From Rhina ancylostomus (taxonomy: Eukaryota): a stretch of 64,000 bases of DNA. A model generated the notes under the pieces. That model saw nothing but the letters and a program-made list of their open reading frames with translations, was not told the DNA's origin and did not search any database. The translations under genes were made by a program, and so were the position numbers. The first letter of the stretch is position 1. Each line of letters opens with the position of its first letter. The stretch lies in contig JARFYF010000017.1 in NCBI GenBank assembly GCA_030265395.1, positions 26,562,061 through 26,626,060 on the forward strand. Reading direction: 5' to 3'. Of this stretch, positions 52,496 to 64,000 are shown one piece after another.

Positions 52496-54439
52496 ATGAA
52501 AATTCTTTGAGAAGCAGAAAAAATTGGATTCAGACTTTGTACTTAAAGGTTAAAAGGAGGTCGTTCTTTGACAAAATTTGTAACAGTAATACCTGCATAA
52601 AGTATTTCATGTTTAGATTTTCAGAATGCATCATTTCCTGAAAATCTTATCAATTATACACATGTGTTTTAAGGGAGCAGGATGACAAAGTTAAGTGAAA
52701 TTGTAACATAAACTCTCCTTCACTGTACTGGCTTTGTCGTTTTAATGTAAGACTTTAAAAAAAGGACCTGTAATTGATTGAAAGAGTGCACGGCCATCAA
52801 GCCAGTACACCCACCTACGTATTCGGAGTAAGTCAAAAATAATGAGAGATGCAGTGGTAAACCATTTAATTCTGCCGCTGCAATATGAGCTATCTGATAA
52901 AGGAGATCAGGCTGCAGGGGGATGAGAGCAATTATCCACTGTTCTCAATTCAAGATGCTAGTCTGGCAAAGGAAGTAGAGCAGTTGCACAAGTAGCTTTT
53001 AAACATTTTATTTGTGTTACATGTTTACACATTAGGTGTGCAATCATAGTGTTAGTCAGGTCTTTATGGGCTTGAGCTGGTTCCAAACTGATGTACTTCA
53101 AGACAGGAAATCTTAACTGGGTCATTTCTTTGTGACAGATTTAGTAATGTGAAGACCAGGCAGGGCAGGTCCACAGTACTACGGGGATGCATGGCTGCCC
53201 ATCCAGCCAAGTCATCTCAGCATTAGGGTCAGCTGCCCTAATTCTTGCATGAGATATCCAGGAGAAGGGCAGTTACTGAGCACTGGATTTCTTCATGTAA
53301 GTTCCAGATAATTCGGGAATTAAATTTACAGATAGGTGATGGTATCCTCACTGATAAAGTGGGCTGCTTTAAGCTGTGGTTGGTTAAACACTAGTAGCAA
53401 TTTAACACTATTTCTAAGTTGTGCTAATCCAGGTAATTGGGGTGAACCTTATGGAGTTGATGTGCCCTCTATATTAGGCATATAGAAACTATTTGCCTCA
53501 ATCTCTCTGTAATTTGAATTGGAGACCTCTGCCTGTATGATGGGGTTCTGCAAATATCAGTACAACCTGATTCCAAAAAATAGAAAGGAATTCTGTACTG
53601 TTATTGGTTTGAGGTGTTCCTTAAAGATGTGTTGACTTTTAAGAACAATCATAGATGTATATGTCTGTGCACAAATGTAATTAGATTAATGCATTAATTC
53701 CAGGTTTGTGATTGAGAGGTATTGTGTTAAAAGGTTGAGGTTGTTATGCTTCAAAAATGGACATTTGCTTGTCATAAGAAAGGCTTCAGAGAAAACTTAA
53801 GTATCTTGAATGAGCAAAACCTATGATTATGGAAATCGATTGCTTTCTTTGCACTGATTACTAATCCCTGGCAATCAACTTTCCAATGATAATTGCAGTG
53901 ATTTTTTTTCAAAAGCATTTATTGTGGTTATTAACAATATGGAGTTCATTTGCTATTAATGTTCTTCATGAAAATTATGTAATGCCACCCAAAAGTAAAC
54001 ATATACTTTCAGGTCAATAAAATGATGCTTTTGGCCTGGATTTCATGGTCAGCAGTAAAGCAATGGTGCTTGTCACTGGCTAAGAAGAAACCAGACCAAA
54101 ATGATCTAATAATGATCTCCATACTGTGCATTTTTGCTTTTCTGACAATGGTTGGTATTAGGGATCAGATCCTGGTGGTCTCTGACATTCCCTTGTTACC
54201 AAGCTGGCAGTTCAACCAATTATGTTCTTACAGACTGTAAACCATGAAGTAAAAAAGCAGAACTTTAAACAATTTTCAGAACACAGAATTCAGAAAGAAA
54301 CACAACTGTGACATAGTTGTAGAAGTTGAAATATAATTTTTTTAAAAGATCATTTTAAAATATATTACATTTTAGTAAANNNNNNNNNNNNAATGTAAAA
54401 TATAAATTTTTAGGGCCAGAAAGGTTGCTGATCATTAAG

Positions 54440-55430
54440 AAAGGATTCATTAACTTATTGTCCATGCCTAATTATCCTTGAGAGGGTGGTGCTAAGGCAC
54501 ATTTTTGAACTGCTGCTGTTCTTCAACTGTAGGTACTACCACAGTGCTGTTGGGAAGGGTGTTTGAGGGCTTAGACCCAGCAACAGTGAAGGAACCACAG
54601 TATATTTTCAGGTCAGAGTGTTGTGTGACTTGGAGTGGAACTTGCAGATGGTGGCTTTTACATGCACCAGTTTGTAGAGATTATAGATTTGAGGCATAAT
54701 GTTGATAAAGCCTTGAGGAATTGCTGTGGTGCATTTTATGTACGGCATACACTGCAGCCGCAGGGTGCCATTGGTGGAGAGGGTGAATTTGTACGATGAT
54801 AGATGTGGTCCAAATCAAGCTTGTCCTGAGCATTCCTGGAGCTGCATCATTCAGACAAATGAAGAAGATTCCTTCAGATTTAAGACATGTGCTGTGTAGA
54901 TGGTTGAAAGACTTTGTATTACAGGAACAGAACTGTTCACAAAAAAGTACCCAGCCAATGACCTGCTCTTGCATCCCAAGTATCTACTTGACTGGTCCAA
55001 TTAAATTTTCTATTAGTTGCAATCTCCAGGATATTGGTGCTGAGGGAATCATTGATAGTAACAGTGTGGAAAGTCAAGATATTTTAACTTACTTTTGCTG
55101 AAGGTGGTGTGACACAAAAATTATTTGCCACTTTTTGGCACACTTCAGGTTTTGCTATGTTCAGGCATGGATTGCTAAATTTTCTGATGATTCTTTAATA
55201 GAACAGAACATTGTTTAATCATCAGCAAACATTCCCATTTCTGACCCTGTAATGGAAGGAGTGCTATTGATGAAGCAGTTGAAAATAGTTGGGCCTAGGT
55301 CACAGCCCTGAGAACTACTGCAGTGATATTTGGGGGCAGATATGATTGACCTCTAGCAACCATAAAATCTTACTTTGTGCAAGGTATGTCTCTGACCATT
55401 TGCCCTTTGATTGCAATTGCCTTCAGTTTA
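54440..55430 (-). mobile_element. CR1/L2-clade LINE, RT to 3' end (same family as 7385..8772)
   Basis: Reverse complement of ~55265-55330 encodes a decayed VxQGxxLGPTIFNCFIN motif; family 3' tail at ~54445-54490. Confidence 0.8.
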
Positions 55431-56054
55431 ATATTATTAAATTACACCAGAATGTTATTAAAAGCTCAATGAGACATCACGTAGCATTTTCAGAGTATTT
55501 TCCAGCCAGAGTATTTCATAAATATCTCTTTCATCAGGTTCCTGAATATTACCCTAGAGAAGATCCAGGGAACCCTAAGGAAATCATTGATTCTGGATTT
55601 CCCTGTCTGATTGTGAATATATAGTAGTTGTTATTAGTTTCAAGATGTAAGGAGGCAAATACCGTTAGTTTTATGTCTTTACAGTGGCACATCTGATCCC
55701 TTAATACAGTACTCTCACCTTAGATCTCAGAAAATGGTTAAAAATTGTTGTTAAAGTTTGGCATCATTTAAACTTCAAACGATGCCATATATTCATTATT
55801 TTTTCACATATTCATTTTCAATTTTTTTTAGATCTACCTAAGCTAGTCATCTGGTAAACAAAAACCTATTTAAATTCATGCATTAATATTTAAGATATTT
55901 TTCTCATTACAGATTATTGAACATCTGGATTATATTGAACTTTTAGGAACATACACATTGAGTTCCAGATGACATTTAATGATTTTGTAACATTGTATGT
56001 TTCATGCATGTTGCACTTCTCCTTCAAATTTGTCATCTAGTTATAATGTCATAT

Positions 56055-56445
56055 AAGGTCAGGCAGTGTCAGTAGAAAATAAAAAGCAGTGCTAGCATTT
56101 CAGGTCGATAAACTTTCCCCAGAAAAATCAATGACCTGAAACGTTACCTATGTTTCACTTTTCACAGATGCTGCCTGGCCTGCTGAGCATTTCTAGCAGT
56201 TTCTGTTTTTATTTCAGATTTCCAGCATCTGTACTTTTTGCTTGCTTTTTTAAAAATAATTCATATTATTTAATTTACTCTAACTATTTGGAAAACAGGT
56301 AAAATTGCAGATACTGGTTCTGAAACAAAAACAGAAATAATGGAAGAGCTCAGCTATTTTGAGGACCTACGACCTGAAGCTGGTTTCTCTTTCAACAGAT
56401 GCTGCCTGACTGACTGGGTTCTTCCAGCATTTCTGTTTCTGTACT
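56055..56445. mobile_element. Two adjacent quasi-palindromic Penelope-associated terminal repeats
   Basis: TTTCAGGTC (56098-56106) pairs with GACCTGAAA (56133-56141), and AGGTCAGGCAGTGTC pairs with GATGCTGCCTGGCCT. A second copy spans ~56300-56440. Confidence 0.55.
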
Positions 56446-57534
56446 GTAACTACTTATTGTATTCACTAAGATTTATAAAAATGATAAATAAGATTTACAA
56501 AAACTTTAGAATATTTATCATTACTTATTTCGTAAATAAGTGTAATATTTTATTTCAAAAATGTATTTGTAAATGAAGTTAAGAAAGCCATTGGCTTAGA
56601 AATGCATTTTTGCTTGAAAGCGTGATAGAAATAGTGCTGTGTAGGGCACCTACACCAATTTGTTCTATTACTGCCAGGGAGCAATTTTATCAGTACTTGC
56701 AATGCCAACTTCCTGCTGGTAAACCATCTTTAATGCAATTATGCACATTAACCATGTGAAACTTCACCAATTGAATGCACAAATGAGAATGTACCTATAA
56801 TGTTGTCTAAAATGCTGTCACTCAGTTGCGACCACTGCTAATAATTGCTAGATGGTTCAGAGTAACATAGTTAGAAGAGTGCAGAGGCAGACAAAGGAAT
56901 GAGCACTCCACTTCCACAATGATGACATATTTACCTCGCCTGGATAATGAAGAAAAGTCCTATCCATTCCTGTAACTGTGTTGATTCATTGATATCTGCT
57001 CCAATGGACTCCCTATTAAAGAATAATAATTATGTATTCACACTCCTTGTAGTTTGTTTGTAGGCCATTGTCATGGTGGTAGCATCAAGCATGCATTGTG
57101 TGACAATTGACTTCACTGCCACATGTGGGGCATATTTGCAACACCATGAATTAACATGCTTGATCACATGTGCATGTAATGCATGGTTTCATTATGTGCC
57201 ATAAGGTCCAGATTAAAGTTCATGATCAATTTTACTTTAGAATGCAACCCTGAAGTACATAAAAAAGCATGCCCTGTGCAATTGGTATTCAGGGTTGTGT
57301 AACATACACAGGATGGAGACAGCAGCTGTTCCGAAAGGAATTTATAATTAATACATTATACATGTATATATTGGAGAATGTATCCTTTTACTCCAGGTGA
57401 TATCCTCCATCTTCTATGCACATTACACTAATAGCAGCAACTGTAAGCAAGCCATCCATGGAAATAATGTAACTGTTGAAATTGTCTCATCACTGGAGTG
57501 TGATATGCATAAATGAAAACTGGAATTCTGACTG

Positions 57535-57535
<1 letters not shown>

Positions 57536-57581
<46 letters not shown>
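57536..57581 (+). repeat. (TG)n microsatellite with a degenerate extension to ~57667
   Basis: Directly visible. Confidence 0.98.
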
Positions 57582-57582
<1 letters not shown>

Positions 57583-57667
57583 ACGCGTGTCTGAGTACGT
57601 GTCTGTGTGTGTGTTTATGCTTGTAGTGTGCTTTATATATAAAACACACTGTGTGTGTTTGTGTGTG

Positions 57668-58596
57668 TACGCGCAAAAGTTTGGGCACCCCGGTCAAAAT
57701 TTCTGTTACTGTGAATAGCTAGGCAAGTAAAAGTTGACCTGATTTACAAAAGGCATAAAGTTAAAGATGACACATTTATTTAATATTTTAAGCAAGATTA
57801 CTTTTTTATTTCCATATTTTACAGTTTCAAAATAACAAAAAAGGAAAANNNNNNNNNNNNNNNNNNNNNNNNNNNNNNNNNNNNNNNNNNNNNNNNNNNN
57901 NNNNNNNNNNNNNNNNNNNNNNNNNNNNNNNNNNNNNNNNNNNNNNNNNNNNNNNNNNNNNNNNNNNNNNNNNNNNNNNNNNNNNNNNNNNNNNNNNNNN
58001 NNNNNNNNNNNNNNNNNNNNNNNNNNNNNNNNNNNNNNNNNNNNNNNNNNNNNNNNNNNNNNNNNNNNNNNNNNNNNNNNNNNNNNNNNNNNNNNNNNNN
58101 NNNNNNNNNNNNNNNNNNNNNNNNNNNNNNNNNNNNNNNNNNNNNNNNNNNNNNNNNNNNNNNNNNNNNNNNNNNNNNNNNNNNNNNNNNNNNNNNNNNN
58201 NNNNNNNNNNNNNNNNNNNNNNNNNNNNNNNNNNNNNNNNNNNNNNNNNNNNNNNNNNNNNNNNNNNNNNNNNNNNNNNNNNNNNNNNNNNNNNNNNNNN
58301 NNNNNNNNNNNNNNNNNNNNNNNNNNNNNNNNNNNNNNNNNNNNNNNNNNNNNNNNNNNNNNNNNNNNNNNNNNNNNNNNNNNNNNNNNNNNTTCTTGGG
58401 CCGTCTTGCATGCACTGCTCTTTTGAGGACTATCCACAGATTTTTGATGATGTTTAGGTCAGGGGACCGGGAGGGCCAATGCAAAACCTTCAGCTTGTGC
58501 GTGTTGATGTAGTCCATTGTAGATTTTGAGGTGTGTTTAGGATCATTATCCTGGTGTGGAAGCCATCCTCTTTTCATTTTCAGCTTTTTTACAGAC
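57668..58596 (-). mobile_element. Tc1-family (DD34E) DNA transposon, 3' portion with one terminal inverted repeat; internal N gap
   Basis: TIR-like GCAAAAGTTTGGGCACCCC at ~57673. Minus 58393..58577 encodes HQDNDPKHTSKST...WPSRSPDLNIIKNLW..LKRAV, with 34 residues between the catalytic D and the E position, which is mutated to K. Confidence 0.9.
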
Positions 58597-58619
58597 TTAT
58601 GTGCTTATGTGATTTACTT

Positions 58620-59500
58620 ATTCTTCCTGTGGAGTTAAAGAATTTTGTGGCGATCACGCGCCTTAAAGTGCATGCCATAGATAACTCAAGTCTTGGAAGG
58701 AACTAATCAGGTAGAAGTCTCGACTACCTGGTAGACCATGAGATCTGCGCCATGTCTAACGCCTTGATCTTCAACACCCTTTTCCTTGGACAGCCAGGTT
58801 TGCAGCACACAAAAGGTGATAATGATGACGAATTTGTCAATTATGTCCCAGCATGATCTTTCAAAACTACATAAGGAATACTTGCTTAATTAGGCTTTCT
58901 GAACATGCTCTGCATTAATTATAATCATGGAAGAACTTCTTCTTCAGCACCTAGCAGCATCCTTCTATCCAGGAGGTGAAGAGAAAATTTGGAGTTGTGT
59001 GGAAATGAAGAGAAAGAACACTTTTTCAGCCTTTTACTTTGATGAAAACATGAATAATAATAATTGAAAGTGTTTGAAAAGAGTTTAATGTTACTGGGGC
59101 AATTTGTTGGCTCAACGTCACTGGCTGGCTGCTCCTGGACTATGCTGTTTGATGCAGCATGGCTAAGGGCAAAGTTGTTCACTGGAGCCAGGCCATGTGC
59201 CACAAATGCATCAGAAGAGAGAGTTGTGATAAGCTCTTCATTGTTGCTAATTTCAAAGAACAAAGCATGGACCAATAATCTGATACCTGGAGATTCTATT
59301 AAATAATAAAGAATGGATTTAGAGTGAAGATAATTTGCAGAACTGTACACCTTTCTCTTGTTGCAGCTAGTTTTTCTACTTTTTAGTGAACAATAACATT
59401 GATTGAGCTTTAGAATGGGTTTGATGTCTTGGAACAGATGAAGCCAGAACTGCAGCATGTTATTGTGTTGACAGCAGGGTAACATTCCATCCATTTATGC
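58620..59500 (-). other. Unassigned hairpin-bearing CpG-rich segment plus a 189-codon ORF (58925..59494); possible ancient Crypton/Eulor-type transposon relic
   Basis: Hairpins GGCG-n6-CGCC and CAGGTAG-n9-CTACCTG, a TTGCTTAATTA motif at ~58882, and the longest gap-free ORF in the window. No catalytic motif is recognised. Confidence 0.25.
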
Positions 59501-62500
59501 AGACATGTTTTGCTGGAGGTCATCAGCCTGGTTCAAATACAGGGCAATTGTAACAATTTTTTTGCACCTAAATATTTGTGTCTAATTATACCTTCACAGA
59601 GTTACCTTTTCCTAATGCTTAAGAAACAACATTGCAAGCAATGGAGTCCAAGGAAAGCACTAACACACATATAGATGTACTAACACACTAACAATGGGAG
59701 AGCATAATGGTGGCAGATAATTGCTGGGTGCAGTACAGTTACATGTAGCATTGTATACCCGTTGCCTGAACGGAACAAAGTGATACCATTCAATTCCAAC
59801 TACAATAATGTTGGCAATAACATACCTGTACTTAATATCATGATAGAAAATTAGTAACTTATAACTTTGATTGATTTCTTCTTCAAAAGAGAGTTTGTGT
59901 ACAACTATTTTTTCATATCTTACCTATGCTAAGGCAAGATAGATTTAGAATGAAGAAATTTTAGAACTATGCTCCATTCTCTCATTGGAGATAGTTATTC
60001 TCTGCCACATTTCTTTGATGTGCATGCAAAAGGAACTCATTTAGAAACGTGTGAGTAGTGCTTGAGAAGCCAAGGTAGGTAGGTTAGACCACTAGACATT
60101 CTGATATATCTAAGTTAAAATGTCTTCTAAAATGGCACTTGGAAGATTAGAAAGAATAGGATATTTTGCCCACTGGAGATTTTTTGAGTGTTTTTATTAA
60201 TTAAAATAAAGGGATCATTATGTAGGAATGGTAGTTTCTCAAGTTCTTTGTCTAGTATCAATGCTGAACCGTTCCAACTCAAGTACCACATAGTCTGGCA
60301 CAGAGTAGAACTTACTTTACTCTGCTTCAACAACTTTCCTTGACCTGTGGCTAAATATACCAGGGCTACTTTTCCACACAAATGATATGTTGTCTCTGGT
60401 GCATACTAAGAAATGGATTCAGATTTCTCAAACATAGGTCACAATTTTGACTCTTAAGTGAGAAGATCCCAACCCTAGCCTCAGAGGGGAAATGGCATTG
60501 CACCATCCAGTCTCATCTCTTTTTTAAAAAATGGGTAGTGTTATGTCATTTAAGGAGCGGGAAGGTGATACAATTTCCCAGAGCTTGAAAATACCTTTTG
60601 CATTTTTAATGAGAGTTCTTTCCCCTTATCGAGGACCCTCCCTTCTGCTTGAATTAAAAGTGGTTTGAATGTTCTCGTTACAGGCTGTGAAGCAGCAGAT
60701 CGTCAATTAATGTCAATAGGTCTTTCTTTTTGTGATATAAATAGTGTTACCTCCATTATTTAATAAAAAAAGCCCTTAGATTTTGCACAAAAACCTCTGA
60801 GAGTGTAAGGCAGTGTTTTCCATGATAAACCATAAATAAGGTGAGATACATGAGTAGTGCCTTGGAGGATAGACCAAAGCTAGAACAAATTTAACAGTAC
60901 AGCATGTATTTTAGAATTGTGATAATGTTCAGCTATCCCTGAGGTGAGAGAGGTAAGATGCACAACCTCAAGTTTAGAACTGCTGTCATGTTAAATCTGT
61001 GTAAGTGGATAAGCTGTTTTATACCTAATCATTTAAAATTAGGTAGAAGCCCAACTGAATGGATTTGGAAGCTTGTGATACCAGGTAGAACAGATGTGCA
61101 TGCATAGGGCGCTGATTTAATAACTATGCCGTACACATAAGAAACCGCACATCAGCAAAATCAGTATCACAGAGGTGAAACCAAACACAACAATGTCAGC
61201 TATGAATTTGATGAGTTTTGCTTGCTTGTTTATTCGCTTCATTTATACCTATATTTAAGTACTGTAGAGTCTAAATTTATCATTACTCCCATTTTATGGA
61301 TGTAGAACATATAACCAACTTAGCAGAGCAGAGGTCTGCACCTGATTTGCATAACCATTCAGGGCCTTTTTTCAGACATCCCTACTAGCTGTTTAAGTGA
61401 GGTTCCTGAGTCATATCCAACTCATATTGTAAAATTGTTTGCACTAATCACTGTTCATTCCATGAACTCTGCTTTCAACTATCTCCAGCTGGATGACAGT
61501 GATGTGTCACTGTTGGCACCAGTGCCCAAGGAAGAGGGAGGCGGAGAGGTGAAAAATAGCCAGAATTTGGAGGGTGGGCGTGAAAGGAAGGGGAAAATAG
61601 TTTTTTGCAAGGGTATTTTTAATTGTATTTTACAGTTTCATCGGGGTTCATATCAGCAGTAACCTTGGGTAATTCTGCATTGGATTACATAGATATTAAG
61701 TAAAATCATTGAACTTAACCTAAGAAAAACTTACATTTATTGAACCTTCAATATAGAACACATCCTTTGCAAAATACACATTTTGTTATTTGACATTAGT
61801 GCCATAAATGAAGAGGCTGGTGGCTTTCAATAGTTTTCTGCTGAAAGTTTGAGAGGATTCGATTTGTTTTTCAGATAAATTTGACTGGTTGGGACAACTT
61901 CTTTTATGTGGTTTCTTTGATATAGTTTGTGATTTATTAACGTTATTTTTAAAACTCAGTGTTGCTATTTTTTTCCTGAAGTGTCCTTGTGTCACTGTAT
62001 TTTCTCAAGCTTCCATATTTCACATGAGGGATTCTAGCAGAAAGAAACAGAAATCAAAGCAACCACCACAGATTCATGTCGCCCTTGCCCCTATTTCTCC
62101 AGGGCAGGTGAATTGTGAATTGTTTAATCAGCTACCATGAGGCAACTTGAAGATCCAGACTCAAGAGGTCGTAGCCTGGACCTCCATGAGATTCAACAGC
62201 ATATGGAGGTTTGCAGAACTTGTGTGAGCGAGGTGACTGTTCGAGAAAAATCTTTGGTAGTAGTAAAATTGATAAGTTAAGCAGTGCTACACCTTGCATT
62301 GTATGAAGCATGATGGTGATGAAATGTGCGGAGATGAGAGAAGCAGGTATATGGAGCTATCAGTTTCTAATCAGTAGAGTGCAGTGACTGATGAGAAGAT
62401 CAGGTTAATATGACTAATTGTGCCTTCCTTTGACATCAGCAATTAATAAATTGTTCATATATATGCTGGCCTGAACCTTTAGCTCCCCAGTGATATTTTT

Positions 62501-64000
62501 TAATAATCTATGATTGCAAGCAAAAGTCTTGTTTTCTTATAATTTTATAAAAATTAAAATAAATAAATTAAGGAAATTCATGGGAATTCTATTACACCAA
62601 ATGGGTGTTTTTAATTGTGGCTTTGCACTTGACTGGAGTTAATTCCTGTAGGATTTCACCCTGCTCTGGGATAGTCTTGTGCCTCACTTATCCTGCTGCA
62701 GTGCATTGAATAATGGCTTCTTGCCAGAGTCCCGTGTACTTCAGCAGTGAAGATGAGAGTAGTAGAATTTTGGCAAAAATTACACCATTCTCTGTTTTTC
62801 TGGCTTTCTGGATACTGAAGGAATTAATCTACTTCATCCCCAGAGAAAATTCCCTCAAGGTAGAGATCCAGCATCGTTACATCTGTCCTCACCCCAAACT
62901 CCTATGAGTACCTCAGATCTTGAGGAAATTGGTCACTATAAATTTTACATGTGATATTGGCCCATCCTTGTCTGTTTACCCTGAACTACAATTCCATATG
63001 ATACAGTTGTACAGCTGGGTATTCATTGTTCAGTTATTATTGATTGAATAAAGTGGCGATTGTTCAAGATAACTAGATTTTTTTGGTAATCAGTTAGATG
63101 AAGACCTAATATGTGAAGTCTATATTGTGTAGATTTTGATTTCACTTTAGCAAGGGGAATGCCAGAGTACAGATACCTTAATTAAAACTAAAGCAATAGA
63201 GAAGTGTGCACATAAGAATTGCACATTCACATTTCAACACTGATGTTAACTGTGCGTTCCTTCAGAGAGGGGTTGCGGATTATAGTTCCCAAACATATCA
63301 CCAATATTACAAGCATTGTTTCACTGCCAGGGAAAGGAATCAGTGGGATTTAGTGAAGAAATAGCTTCAGGGGCTGGGAAAGCCTGCAGCTAAAGAGGAG
63401 CCTTCAAAGATCTAAAAATTAATGCAAAAATTAAAATCATCATAAGGAAATCAAAAATGCTTCTGGCAGTGGCAGACTGCAGAATCTGAAAAGTGCACTT
63501 TCATTTCTGTTGAGCAATGAGCATATTTATCTGGTGGTGCAGAAGGGGTTGAGGATGAACCCCATATGTTTTCTTGAAAGTAGCTCCAATAATCCAAATG
63601 TATTAATGGCCAGAGGGTTCATCCATTTTGGGAAAAAAAATAATCAGATTCCCTGTTTGTTTTCCAATTACTTCCAATATTTTTGTGGATAAAGAAGGTT
63701 TGGCAATTTGTGCCATCAATTTTTTTAGCAAAATCAATAAATACCATGCAATGCCATTTCATATCATGTATAAAAAGCAGCTATTATTCAATTAACCATG
63801 TTTCAGAATGGCAGTCAGTTACTAATTCACAGTAAGAGTTGAAGTCATTAAAAGCAGTATTCACCCCAAACAATCTATAAACCATCCCACTCTCCCAAGT
63901 TTCTGTATGCCGAGTATCACTTGAATGATTCAGTGTTACTGGCAAAAAAAGCTTACAACACATAGGAAATAGCGAGTCAGATGTGTTTAATGTAAATATG

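Noticed and set aside
57245-57297. 10-bp inverted repeat CAACCCTGAA/TTCAGGGTTG
   Set aside because: Too short to support a MITE or pre-miRNA call; the interior does not pair.
62137-62280. Short ORF MRQLEDPDSRG... and an 8-bp hairpin near an acceptor-like site
   Set aside because: No homology recognised and no convincing donor; compatible with chance.
1-64000. Prokaryotic systems (CRISPR arrays, operons) and rRNA/tRNA genes
   Set aside because: No regularly spaced repeat-spacer array, no gene-dense region and no RNA-gene signature; the sequence is vertebrate intergenic or intronic DNA.

Overview
Non-coding vertebrate genomic DNA, almost certainly from a cartilaginous fish (shark or ray), judged from HE1-type V-SINEs, CR1/L2-clade LINE tails and Penelope fragments typical of that group. 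It is a short-read scaffold with many N gaps. No intact protein-coding gene is visible, and the long ORFs in the track are gap artefacts or transposon relics. The left ~26 kb is rich in decayed transposons. A CpG-retaining domain spans ~27.1-34.2 kb, with a GC-rich promoter core at ~30.9-32.2 kb that runs into a (GA)n repeat and an ~860-nt gap, which probably hides a first exon. To its right lies a long, transposon-poor, T/G-skewed stretch that looks like intron 1 of a large + strand developmental-regulator gene I cannot name. That stretch holds a second promoter-like block with a candidate 7-codon first exon (MGLPHIF) and several candidate conserved enhancers. Notable oddities are a well-preserved Tc1 fragment, an adjacent hairpin-bearing segment with a 189-codon ORF that may be a Crypton/Eulor-like relic, Penelope-type terminal palindromes with decayed hammerhead-like cores, and two unexplained local direct duplications. 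All family assignments are from motif recognition, not database searches.
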